Below are positions 54,460 to 63,674 of a stretch of 64,000 bases of DNA, piece by piece. Within the stretch, counting starts at the first letter, position 1; every line of letters starts with the position of its first letter. Made by a program: the position numbers and the translations under genes. Origin of the DNA: an uncultured virus (IMG/VR IMGVR_UViG_3300044674_003822) (taxonomy: Duplodnaviria; Heunggongvirae; Uroviricota; Caudoviricetes); the IMG/VR virus record IMGVR_UViG_3300044674_003822, positions 1 to 64,000 of that record; one strand, given 5' to 3'. The notes below the pieces were generated by a model that did not search any database, had not been told where the DNA came from, and was given only the letters and a program-made list of their open reading frames with translations.

Positions 54460-55747
54460 GTACGGGGCGAAAGAGCCCGAGAAACTAAAAATTAAGGACA
54501 TGACTCCTAGAGAAAAGGAGTTATTGATAGAGAGTGATACTTTCTGTATGCTACCATGGATGCATCTTCATGCATATCCAGACGGTAGGGCATACCCTTG
54601 TTGTTTTTCATTTGATCCATACCCAGTTGGAGATCTTAACAAAGAAAGTTTACAGGAAGTATTCAACGGTGACAAAATGAAAGAAATGCGGGTTAGGATG
54701 TTGAATAATAAGAAATCTCGTGAATGTATGAAATGTTATGATCAAGAGAAATCTGGATTTTTTTCTCTACGTCTAAGTTCCAATAAGCACTTTGGACATA
54801 ATATACCTTTGGTGCACAACACACTGCCAGACGGTGAAGCGGACTTTGTGATGAAGTACTGGGATATACGTTTCTCAAATTTATGTAACATGGCCTGCAG
54901 GAGTTGTGGTACATGGTTCAGCAGTAACTGGTACGAAGATCATAAAAAATTAACAGGCAGTCCGCCACCACATGCCAAGGTAATGAAAGTGGGAAGGTCT
55001 ACAAACGATATGTGGGAACAAATGTTAGAATCATTTGAACATACAGAACAGTTTTACTTTGCAGGCGGCGAACCTATCATAATGGAAGAGCATTACAGGA
55101 TATTGAAAGAATTAGACAAACGTAAAATGTATCATGTGAGATTGATTTACAACACAAACTTCAGTAGAACAACATTTAAGGATATTGATGTTTTTGAACT
55201 ATGGAACAAATTCGACTCGGTCTCAATCGGGGCGAGTCTAGATGCCGAAGGCCCTAGGGCAGAACTTATGCGTAAAGGAACTGTGTGGAAAGAAACAGTG
55301 GCAAACAGGAAACGTATGATGGAAGTTTGTCCACAGGTAGATTTCTACGTATCATCGACGGTGGGACTAGTTAATAGTTTGCACGTGACTGATTTCCATA
55401 AGAGTTGGGTAGAGCAAGGGTTGATTAAACCTGCAGATTTCAACTTCAATCTTTTACAACATCCAATATGGCAAAGGATGGACATACTACCACCAGAATA
55501 TAAACAGCAGGTCAAGGAAAAATACGAGTTACACATAGAATGGTTGAAAGATAAAGATCCATTGACAAGGGCAACCAAAGGATACGAATCGGCGATCAAC
55601 TGGATGCTTGAAAAGGATAATCAAAAACACCTAGATCAGCATATTGAACAAACAAAGAAATATGACAAAATGAGGAATGAGAACACATTAGACGTGTTCC
55701 CAGAATGGAAAGAACTGTTTGACAAGTATGACAAGAATAAAACCTAA
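54449..55747 (+). CDS. Radical SAM protein (paralog 3)
   Basis: CNMACRSC, AGGEP, YNTN, N-terminal CMLPW...PCC...CMKC. Confidence 0.9.
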   Translation: MAYEYGAKEPEKLKIKDMTPREKELLIESDTFCMLPWMHLHAYPDGRAYPCCFSFDPYPVGDLNKESLQEVFNGDKMKEMRVRMLNNKKSRECMKCYDQEKSGFFSLRLSSNKHFGHNIPLVHNTLPDGEADFVMKYWDIRFSNLCNMACRSCGTWFSSNWYEDHKKLTGSPPPHAKVMKVGRSTNDMWEQMLESFEHTEQFYFAGGEPIIMEEHYRILKELDKRKMYHVRLIYNTNFSRTTFKDIDVFELWNKFDSVSIGASLDAEGPRAELMRKGTVWKETVANRKRMMEVCPQVDFYVSSTVGLVNSLHVTDFHKSWVEQGLIKPADFNFNLLQHPIWQRMDILPPEYKQQVKEKYELHIEWLKDKDPLTRATKGYESAINWMLEKDNQKHLDQHIEQTKKYDKMRNENTLDVFPEWKELFDKYDKNKT

Positions 55748-57062
55748 AGACGGCAACAAAACATTCTGCATGGCACCGTGGACACACACGTACCTTTCAC
55801 CTCAGATGGAAAGAAGGCTGTGTTGCAGTTCGAGAGAATCATCTGAAAACTTTAAACAGTACATAGACACAATAGATCCAAAAGGACACAATGATAAGAT
55901 TAATCTAACAACACTGGAACAGCATTGGAATTCAGATTACATGAAAAGTGTTAGATTGAAATTGTTGGCAGGTGAGGAGATACCACAGTGTGCTGTGTGC
56001 AATCACAAACTGCTGAACGAACAGGTATACAGACAACACTTCAACTGGTTGTACAAAAACAAGATCGATGAGGCATTTGACAGCACAGACGAAACAGGTG
56101 CCACAACAATGCAGACAGAAAGTTTTGACTACAGGTTCTCAAACCTATGTAACTTCAGTTGTAGGATGTGTGGTGACATGTTGAGCAGTAGTTGGGAGAC
56201 CGAAAATAAAAAACACGGAAAAGGCGACTACGACAATTACAGGATCTGGGGCAGGAAAGACATCAAAGCACAACTAGAAAAGTTTCACGATCAGCAAGTG
56301 GTAAAAGAGTTCACACAGGCGGTCGAAGAGAAGCGTATCACCGAATTGTACTGGTGCGGTGGGGAACCTCTGATGTGGAAGATACACTGGGAAGCGATGA
56401 AGAGGATTGTTGAACTAGGTTATCAAGATCAAGTGTTAGCAAGGTATAACTCCAACATGAGTAGAATTAATTTTTACAAATACAACTTGTTTGATGATAT
56501 ATTAAAACATTTTCCAAATTGGCAAATATGTGCGTCGATCGACGGAACAGGAGAAGTGGGAGAATACATCAGGACTGGATTGAAGTATGACGAATGGAAA
56601 GCAAACATGAAATATGGACTACAATTTGTAAAACAGCAGAATCAAAGGATGCAGTTGGATCTGACAATCACACTACCAGGGTTGTTTGATTTGGAAAACA
56701 TGGTATTGTTGAGTAATGAATTAAACATCGAATTGCTGACAAAACAAGTTTTTAATTTCTCCAATGACAATGCAATGGCACCATTGTTCATGCCATATGA
56801 TATAATGAGTGAGATAATAGACGATGCGAGAGAGAAGACTATCAAGTACAAGAATAGGAAGTTAAACAACTTCTTTGGACAGTTGGACGAGATGCAAAAA
56901 CAAAAAAGGAATAACGAACTTGTATATGATGAGGAAACATACAAGCAAGGCCAGAAGCAAGGCAAGGGAGAAGTCGAACGTCTAGATAGGATCAGAGGCA
57001 CAGACATTAAAAGGATATTAGCAAAAAACAAAAAGGCATTAGAGTGGTGGACAAGTATATAG
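55728..57062 (+). CDS. Radical SAM protein (paralog 4)
   Basis: CNFSCRMC, CGGEP, SIDG, N-terminal CMAPW...LCC...CAVC. Confidence 0.9.
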   Translation: MTRIKPKDGNKTFCMAPWTHTYLSPQMERRLCCSSRESSENFKQYIDTIDPKGHNDKINLTTLEQHWNSDYMKSVRLKLLAGEEIPQCAVCNHKLLNEQVYRQHFNWLYKNKIDEAFDSTDETGATTMQTESFDYRFSNLCNFSCRMCGDMLSSSWETENKKHGKGDYDNYRIWGRKDIKAQLEKFHDQQVVKEFTQAVEEKRITELYWCGGEPLMWKIHWEAMKRIVELGYQDQVLARYNSNMSRINFYKYNLFDDILKHFPNWQICASIDGTGEVGEYIRTGLKYDEWKANMKYGLQFVKQQNQRMQLDLTITLPGLFDLENMVLLSNELNIELLTKQVFNFSNDNAMAPLFMPYDIMSEIIDDAREKTIKYKNRKLNNFFGQLDEMQKQKRNNELVYDEETYKQGQKQGKGEVERLDRIRGTDIKRILAKNKKALEWWTSI

Positions 57063-58225
57063 ATTCAAACATATGTCCATTACCTTGGACACATTTAGAA
57101 GTTGATGTAAATGGTGGAGCATCGCCTTGCTGTCTGTACAAGGGTAGTATTCCTGACGTTAAGGTGTATAAACAAAGTCTAAAGTCCATACAGCAAACAG
57201 AATACATGGAAGTTTTAAGAAAGAAATTCAAGGACGGTGAACGTCCTAAAGGTTGTCAAAGTTGTTGGCAAGAAGAAGATGCAGGCAAAACTTCCAAAAG
57301 GCAAAATTCGATCTACAAAATGCGTGGTAGTTTACAAAACTGGACACCTAATAGCGAGCCAGCACTAAAGTTTATTGACTTTAAGTTGGGCAACGTGTGT
57401 AATTTAAAGTGTAGGATATGTGGATCGTGGAGTTCCTCGAAATGGGCTCAGGAAGAAATAGACTATGAAACAGCCAAAGGAGGAGACAATCCTGTCGCCA
57501 GAAAGCAACTCAAGGAAGGTGGATGGCCAAAACGTAACCCACAATTTTTTGAGGAGTTACAGGAGGATCTGAAACATGTGGAGTACTTCGAATTCACAGG
57601 CGGCGAACCGTTCATGATCAAAGACCACTTCAAGATACTGATGCACTGTGTTGAAAAAGGATATGCAAAGAACATAGACATACACTACAACACAAATGGC
57701 ACGCAGTTGCCACCACAGTCGATATTTGACCTATGGAGTTATTTCAAACATGTCGAGATAGCATTCAGCATAGACGACGTGGGAGAGCCTTTTGAATATC
57801 AGAGACATCCTGCCAAGTGGAGAGAAGTAAATCAGAATCTTGTCAAGTTCAAGGAAATGAGAACTCCTAACATGGACTTCCAGATATGCTCCACAGTCAA
57901 TATATTCAATGTGTTCAACTGGGCCAAGATGGCACTATGGGTGGCACAATTCCAACCTAAGTTTTTCTATGTGAACACCTGCTTTGATCCAGACGTGTTT
58001 AACATACAGACACTGCCACAACAGGTCAAAGACATAGTCACAGACAGATACAACATGCTCACGGACTATCAACCCAGCATACGGTTTATGAATGCCGCTG
58101 ACAGGGACACACCTGAGATCAGAGAACAACGTAAGGCAAGGATATTACAGACAGACAAGTACAGGAAAGAAAATTTTGGAGATATGTTTCCACTTCTAAA
58201 TAAGGTATTAAAGATATATGAGTGA
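57044..58225 (+). CDS. Radical SAM protein (paralog 5)
   Basis: CNLKCRIC, TGGEP, YNTNGT, N-terminal CPLPW...PCC...CQSCW. Confidence 0.9.
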   Translation: MVDKYIDSNICPLPWTHLEVDVNGGASPCCLYKGSIPDVKVYKQSLKSIQQTEYMEVLRKKFKDGERPKGCQSCWQEEDAGKTSKRQNSIYKMRGSLQNWTPNSEPALKFIDFKLGNVCNLKCRICGSWSSSKWAQEEIDYETAKGGDNPVARKQLKEGGWPKRNPQFFEELQEDLKHVEYFEFTGGEPFMIKDHFKILMHCVEKGYAKNIDIHYNTNGTQLPPQSIFDLWSYFKHVEIAFSIDDVGEPFEYQRHPAKWREVNQNLVKFKEMRTPNMDFQICSTVNIFNVFNWAKMALWVAQFQPKFFYVNTCFDPDVFNIQTLPQQVKDIVTDRYNMLTDYQPSIRFMNAADRDTPEIREQRKARILQTDKYRKENFGDMFPLLNKVLKIYE

Positions 58226-59039
58226 TAAATTTATACAGAAAAAAATAATAGCAGGAGGTTGCAGTTTCACGTTTGGCAATGAACTCAGTGATGACGTGGG
58301 AGGAAATGCACCATCTAAAAAAACATGGGCGTATAAGTTAGCCAATCAATTCAGTCCAACTGACACTTACGTCTGTACAGCGGTTCCTGGTAGCGGTAAC
58401 TCGGGAATAGCACGTGCAGTTTTCAATGAAATATCCAAATATCCAGCAGAAGAGATAAGGGGAGTTTCCGTGATGTGGAGTTTCCTGTCTAGGTACGATT
58501 GGGCCATGCCGCGACACAGACTGCTAGAGGATTCACGATGGACGACCATAAGTCCATGGGATACCAGCATCAACAATGATGAGAAGGTTAAGATCACAGC
58601 ATCATCACAGGTGCAAACAGACTGGTGGAAGGATAGGAATGCACTGTTACAAGAGACAGGAGTCAAACCCTTCGCAGAATCGATCTACAAACACGCCGCC
58701 AATCAATACCACGAGACCTATTTGAGTTGGAAGAGCATAATTTGGTTACAGAACATATTGGAAAAGAAGAAAATACCATTCATGTTCACACTGGCGGACA
58801 ACACCCTGTTCTACGATGTGTTTGATCACCACAAGGATCAGGATCCATTCATGACTGCACTACACAGTGAAATTGATTTTACCAAGTGGTTCAGTTTTGG
58901 AGAACGCATGATGGGATTCAACCAATGGGCAACGTTGAATGATTACGAGTATGCTACGACACATCCACTAGACAAGGCGCACGAAGATGCTATAATATTA
59001 ATGTTGCCGACTTTTAAAAAACTGATAGGAGAAAAATAA
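58218..59039 (+). CDS. SGNH-like protein
   Basis: IIAGGCSFTFG, PGSGN..IAR, VMWSFLSR, C-terminal THPLDKAH. Confidence 0.6.
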   Translation: MSDKFIQKKIIAGGCSFTFGNELSDDVGGNAPSKKTWAYKLANQFSPTDTYVCTAVPGSGNSGIARAVFNEISKYPAEEIRGVSVMWSFLSRYDWAMPRHRLLEDSRWTTISPWDTSINNDEKVKITASSQVQTDWWKDRNALLQETGVKPFAESIYKHAANQYHETYLSWKSIIWLQNILEKKKIPFMFTLADNTLFYDVFDHHKDQDPFMTALHSEIDFTKWFSFGERMMGFNQWATLNDYEYATTHPLDKAHEDAIILMLPTFKKLIGEK

Positions 59040-59143
59040 TGTTCAAATGGTTTAAAAAGATGATCAACAAGATCAGGGAAGAAATTCGTTACAGGAAAAG
59101 ACTGAAAGAACTTAAGAAAAAAGACCCATTCATATACAAATAG
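59039..59143 (+). CDS. Small basic peptide (34 aa; not in ORF track)
   Basis: MFKWFKKMINKIREEIRYRKRLKELKKKDPFIYK; AGGAG RBS; start overlaps the upstream stop (TAATG). Confidence 0.75.
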   Translation: MFKWFKKMINKIREEIRYRKRLKELKKKDPFIYK

Positions 59144-59144
59144 G

Positions 59145-59678
59145 ATGTTGAACAAGAAACCTAAATTTGAACTGGTGGAGTTACCCTACATCGACGTGTC
59201 AGAGGATCCTGTGAGACCGGAATTGAGTCTAGAGTTCAGACAGGCGTACGGCAGGAAGATATACGGTATCAAGGACGAGGAGGGTGACATCGCCGCGGTG
59301 ATGTGTTTCGCATTCACACACGGCATACCCAAGAGCGTTGAGGAGATGGATGCCATGAGCCGGGACGCCGCCATGCAGGCCATACACAGGGCGGGGGTGC
59401 AGGGTTCGATAGCGATAGCATACACGGTGTGGGCCAAGAAGAAGGGTGGAGGAAAGCACATAGTGAACGAGGTGTACAAGATGATCAAGGGATCACATCA
59501 CATAGATAGATTGATAACACTGTCACCATTGACAGACATGGCCAGGAAGTTCCACTTGAAGAACGGAGCCAAGGAGGTGCAAGTGAATCTGACCACGCAG
59601 AACTTCGAATATAATGTGGAATTGTCCGAATGGGAGAAGTTCCGAGACAAGGCCAAACGGGTGTTGAGGATAGCATAA
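59145..59678 (+). CDS. Minimal malonyl-CoA decarboxylase-like GNAT-fold protein
   Basis: AIAYTVW...GGGK...LITLSP...RKFHLKNGA mirrors the MCD motifs AIFYSI, TLSP and FHL.NGA. Confidence 0.55.
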   Translation: MLNKKPKFELVELPYIDVSEDPVRPELSLEFRQAYGRKIYGIKDEEGDIAAVMCFAFTHGIPKSVEEMDAMSRDAAMQAIHRAGVQGSIAIAYTVWAKKKGGGKHIVNEVYKMIKGSHHIDRLITLSPLTDMARKFHLKNGAKEVQVNLTTQNFEYNVELSEWEKFRDKAKRVLRIA

Positions 59679-59679
59679 A

Positions 59680-61140
59680 ATGAGAATACTAGGTATCAAC
59701 TGCATGAACCATGACGCATCCATGAGTGTGGTGGATGGCAGGGAGATATTATGGGCCGCACACAGTGAACGTTATTCCAAGGTAAAGAATGATCACTTCC
59801 TGAACTGGGCAATAGTAAACGAAGCAATGACTTATGGTCCATTTGACAAAGTGGTATACTACGAGAGACCTTGGTTGAAGAAAACAAGACAATTCTACGC
59901 AGGACAATTTGGTACTGCTTTAAGTTACACGGAAATGCCACAATGGCACTTGGATCACTTTGGGATAAAGATTGATGAGTATGTCAAACATCATGACTCA
60001 CATGCCGCGGCAGGATATTTCACATCACCATTCAAAGATGAAGGTGCAACCATACTGACTGTTGATGCGATAGGAGAATGGGAGACTGTCAGCATATCCA
60101 CTGCTGACAAAGTTTGGATTGACAGGAAAGAGACCCTCAACTATCCACACTCGGTGGGCATACTGTATTCAGCATTCACATATCGTTGCGGACTTAAACC
60201 TGCAGAGGAAGAATACATCCTGATGGGCATGGCCGCATATGGCAAGCCCATATACAAAGATGACATATACGAGGACTTCGTGCACCAGTCTCCATTCAAG
60301 ATGAAGAAGAACTTGCACAGGGGATTGAGCGACTGGCATCCAGAAGCAGATGTCATGGACATTGCCGCGAGCATACAGGCAGTCACGGAAGAGATACTTG
60401 CAGACCTCTTCCTGAGGGCATCCAAGTATGGCAGTCGGAATTTGGTATACGCTGGCGGGGTAGCATTGAACTGTGCCGCCAACAGGACACTGGCGAACCT
60501 AGGATTGTTTGACAACATATGGATCATACCCAACCCGGGAGATTCGGGATCAAGCCTAGGTTGCATAGCGGCCTCAGAAAAAATACATCTAAATTGGAAG
60601 AGTCCATTCCTTGGACACAACATAGATGGTGAATATCCCGTGGACGCAATCATAAAAGAATTGAAGGAAAATAAAATGGTGGGCGTAGCAAATGGCAGAG
60701 CAGAGTTTGGACCGAGGGCACTTGGTAATAGATCACTATTAGCAGACCCCAGGGGTGAGGACATCAAGGATCTGGTAAATGGTATTAAGCGAAGACAGAA
60801 GTTCAGACCGTTTGCTCCTGCCATATTAGAAGAGGATGTAAACGACTATTTTACCCTACCTACCGGCGTCAAAAACACCCCTTATATGCAATACACAGCG
60901 GCGTACACGCATGGTAATGACTGTCCTGCCATATTGCATTACGATGGCACATCTAGGGTGCAAACCGTATCAAAAAGCGACAATGAAGGGTTTTATGAAC
61001 TTCTCAAAGCATGGAAAAAGCAGACAGGTTGCCCCATACTGCTTAACACCAGCCTCAACATAAAGGGACAGCCTATTGTGAATGATCGTGAAGATGGTCG
61101 AGCGTTCACCCGCAAGTATGGTGTAAAGGTGCTAGGATGA
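59680..61140 (+). CDS. Carbamoyltransferase (NodU/CmcH family)
   Basis: ILGIN..NHDAS, HHDSHAAAG, VDAIGE, EYILMGMAAYG, AGGVALNC, GRAEFGPRALGNRS, FRPFAP, LLNTSLN. Confidence 0.95.
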   Translation: MRILGINCMNHDASMSVVDGREILWAAHSERYSKVKNDHFLNWAIVNEAMTYGPFDKVVYYERPWLKKTRQFYAGQFGTALSYTEMPQWHLDHFGIKIDEYVKHHDSHAAAGYFTSPFKDEGATILTVDAIGEWETVSISTADKVWIDRKETLNYPHSVGILYSAFTYRCGLKPAEEEYILMGMAAYGKPIYKDDIYEDFVHQSPFKMKKNLHRGLSDWHPEADVMDIAASIQAVTEEILADLFLRASKYGSRNLVYAGGVALNCAANRTLANLGLFDNIWIIPNPGDSGSSLGCIAASEKIHLNWKSPFLGHNIDGEYPVDAIIKELKENKMVGVANGRAEFGPRALGNRSLLADPRGEDIKDLVNGIKRRQKFRPFAPAILEEDVNDYFTLPTGVKNTPYMQYTAAYTHGNDCPAILHYDGTSRVQTVSKSDNEGFYELLKAWKKQTGCPILLNTSLNIKGQPIVNDREDGRAFTRKYGVKVLG

Positions 61141-61286
61141 GATACCTACTCTTGTTATTATTGCTTGTGGGTTGTGGCATTAAACCCAACGCGAGTTGCA
61201 GTGTGGATTTGGATAAGGAAACAATGAAGGACGTCACTGAAAGTTGTGTGAAGAATCCAACCGTGGGAATCAAGAAGGAGTTCTAA
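61137..61286 (+). CDS. Small lipoprotein (49 aa; not in ORF track)
   Basis: MRYLLLLLLLVG-C lipobox, two further Cys, ends VGIKKEF; overlaps both neighbours (ATGA and TAATG). Confidence 0.75.
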   Translation: MRYLLLLLLLVGCGIKPNASCSVDLDKETMKDVTESCVKNPTVGIKKEF

Positions 61287-62368
61287 TGATAAAGTTCGGT
61301 GGAGTGGATAGAATCTATGACGCCTACAGTTGGCGTATCACACGTAGAGCCAAGGAAGTATGGAGATCGGGCAACGTCATAAGCAGTAGACACACCGAGG
61401 GATCCGTACTAGACAAGTTCGAAACGGCAGTGGCCAAGTACACAAAAAGGAAATTTGGAATAGCAGTGGGCAGTGGTACAGATGCACTGTACTTTGCTCT
61501 GAGGGCCAAAGGCATAGGACCAGGAAGTACCGTGTTGTGTCCTGCTGTAAGTTATCTAGCGACTGCAGAAGCAATAAAAAGAACAGGTGCAATAATACAG
61601 TTTGTGGACGTTGACAACAAAGGGTTGATAGCGAAACTCCCTGACTTTGGACTACCCAGTGCTGTGGTATACGTAAACCTTTTCGGAAATCTTGCAGAGT
61701 ACAGCACATTGAAGGAATACTGCGTGAAAAGACGAATACCTCTGATAGAGGACGCGGCACAAAGCCTTGGCAGTTATTACAACAAAGTTCCAAGTGGAAA
61801 ACTTGGTGACATCAGTTCTTTAAGTTTTGCACCCAGCAAACCATTGCCTTGTTTTGGCAACGGCGGAATGGTTCTCACAGACAGCCAAGAAGAAGCGGAC
61901 ATGATCAGAAGCCTAAGATACCATGCAGTGGGCACAGGAAAGTTGGAGTATGGGTACAACTCTTGTCTCGGCAATGACCATGCAAATATTTTAAATTTTT
62001 TATTATCAAAATACAAAAACATACAGGCAAAAACAAAAAAAGTACGTGGGTGGTATGAGGACAAGTTATTAGACATGGGAATAAGTTCAATACAAACAAG
62101 CAACGGAACAGTATCAAACAATCATAAACTTGTTGTAAAAGTCGATGACAGGGATGGCCTCAAGAATTTTTTGGATAAAAAAGGAATACAAACACAGGTG
62201 CACTATCAACAACCTATGTCTAAAATGAAGATGTTTGACACAGGACAAGAGATGCCGAATGCTGAAAAGTTTTGCACAAACGTGTTGTCGTTGCCGATAC
62301 ATCCTTTCTTGAAAAAAGCGGAAGTTCTTTATGTGTGTAAATGCATTGGAGAATACTATGGCATTTGA
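61286..62368 (+). CDS. DegT/DnrJ/EryC1/StrS PLP-dependent sugar aminotransferase
   Basis: GSGTDAL, IEDAAQSLG, SFAPSKPLPCFGNGG (PLP lysine), VHY, LSLPIHP; ATG 61286 with AAGGAG RBS. Confidence 0.92.
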   Translation: MIKFGGVDRIYDAYSWRITRRAKEVWRSGNVISSRHTEGSVLDKFETAVAKYTKRKFGIAVGSGTDALYFALRAKGIGPGSTVLCPAVSYLATAEAIKRTGAIIQFVDVDNKGLIAKLPDFGLPSAVVYVNLFGNLAEYSTLKEYCVKRRIPLIEDAAQSLGSYYNKVPSGKLGDISSLSFAPSKPLPCFGNGGMVLTDSQEEADMIRSLRYHAVGTGKLEYGYNSCLGNDHANILNFLLSKYKNIQAKTKKVRGWYEDKLLDMGISSIQTSNGTVSNNHKLVVKVDDRDGLKNFLDKKGIQTQVHYQQPMSKMKMFDTGQEMPNAEKFCTNVLSLPIHPFLKKAEVLYVCKCIGEYYGI

Positions 62369-63674
62369 TAGTGTACAGGTAAGATTCAGAGATGTAGGAG
62401 ATTTCAAATCTCCATTCGCCGGCACCAGGGTAGTTCCTTTTGTTGGAAGTTACCTTGAAATCCTAAGAAGCATAGTTGATGATGTGACCACAGAGTATTT
62501 CTGGTTCTTTGCCAACTTCATGGACTTGAAAACCATAGACACAGATTATATTCCAGAGCAACACGAAAGCAAACAGATACACGTCTGGTACAACACACAT
62601 CCAAAAGGTGGCAGTAACAAAGAAGGCAATGTTTTCTTAATTCCAACTAAAGAATTCAAAAAGCAAATACACGATTTGAAATATCTGAGAGACTACAAGG
62701 ACATAAACTATCATGCACATGACAACCTGTTCCAGCAGTTGCTTCCAAAAACTGCTTTCAAATTGAAGAATCCATACAAGGTATATGAAACAAATGAATG
62801 TTTCTATTCATGGTTGTACAATAAGGACCTTGATATATCTGTGATACCAGATTTCTACCCAAGTTTTTGGGAGGATATCAAAATGTATTCATGGGGTAAA
62901 ACAAAAGATGTCATGCTGGTGCCCAAACAAAAGGATGTCATACAGTTCTATGATATACCAAGGAGTGTGCATTATGATCTAGAATACGCAGTCAAACCCA
63001 TGGACATAATATTCATATCATATGATGAGCCAAGTGCTGAAATCAGATACAACAAACTCAAAGAACGTTTTCCCAGGGCCAAGTGGTGCAAAGGAATAAA
63101 AGGTCAAACATTGGCCTATGTAACGGCCGCCACCATGAGTGAGACAGATTATTTCTTTGCAGTATTTCCTAAGAACGAGTTGGCAGATGATTTTGATTTC
63201 AATTTCCAACCAGACAGAATGCGTAATCCTTGCCATTACATATTCGACTGCTACATACCTTCGATAGACCTACGTTACGGTTGGGGAGGTGTGATACTTT
63301 ACAATAAGGATCTAGTACTGAAGACAACAAAACCTAGTCTTGATTTTACAATGAGCCAGGCACACCATTCTGTGCCTTTGTTGTCTGCCATCAGCAACTG
63401 TAATGAAACTCCATTACTTGCTTACAGGTCATCGTTCAGGGAAGTGATCAAGTTGTTACAGATGAAACCAACTGTTGAATCACAATTCAGATTGAGGAAA
63501 TGGACCACACTAGGTAGCGGTGACAATGCCGAATGGTTGCACAGAGGTGCCATTGATGGCAAGGAATATTATGAAACACACAAAGACGATTACACCAAAC
63601 TAATGTACTCTTATGATTATGAATGGATCAAGGATAAACTTAAATCGTCGTACCCAACTGAAACTTGGGATTAA
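62358..63674 (+). CDS. Two-domain glycosyltransferase-like protein (C-terminal half resembles 50268..51167)
   Basis: MDIIFISYDEP...AKWCKGIKG...SETDYFFAVF...YGWGGV...AYRSSFREVIKL. Confidence 0.6.
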   Translation: MAFDSVQVRFRDVGDFKSPFAGTRVVPFVGSYLEILRSIVDDVTTEYFWFFANFMDLKTIDTDYIPEQHESKQIHVWYNTHPKGGSNKEGNVFLIPTKEFKKQIHDLKYLRDYKDINYHAHDNLFQQLLPKTAFKLKNPYKVYETNECFYSWLYNKDLDISVIPDFYPSFWEDIKMYSWGKTKDVMLVPKQKDVIQFYDIPRSVHYDLEYAVKPMDIIFISYDEPSAEIRYNKLKERFPRAKWCKGIKGQTLAYVTAATMSETDYFFAVFPKNELADDFDFNFQPDRMRNPCHYIFDCYIPSIDLRYGWGGVILYNKDLVLKTTKPSLDFTMSQAHHSVPLLSAISNCNETPLLAYRSSFREVIKLLQMKPTVESQFRLRKWTTLGSGDNAEWLHRGAIDGKEYYETHKDDYTKLMYSYDYEWIKDKLKSSYPTETWD

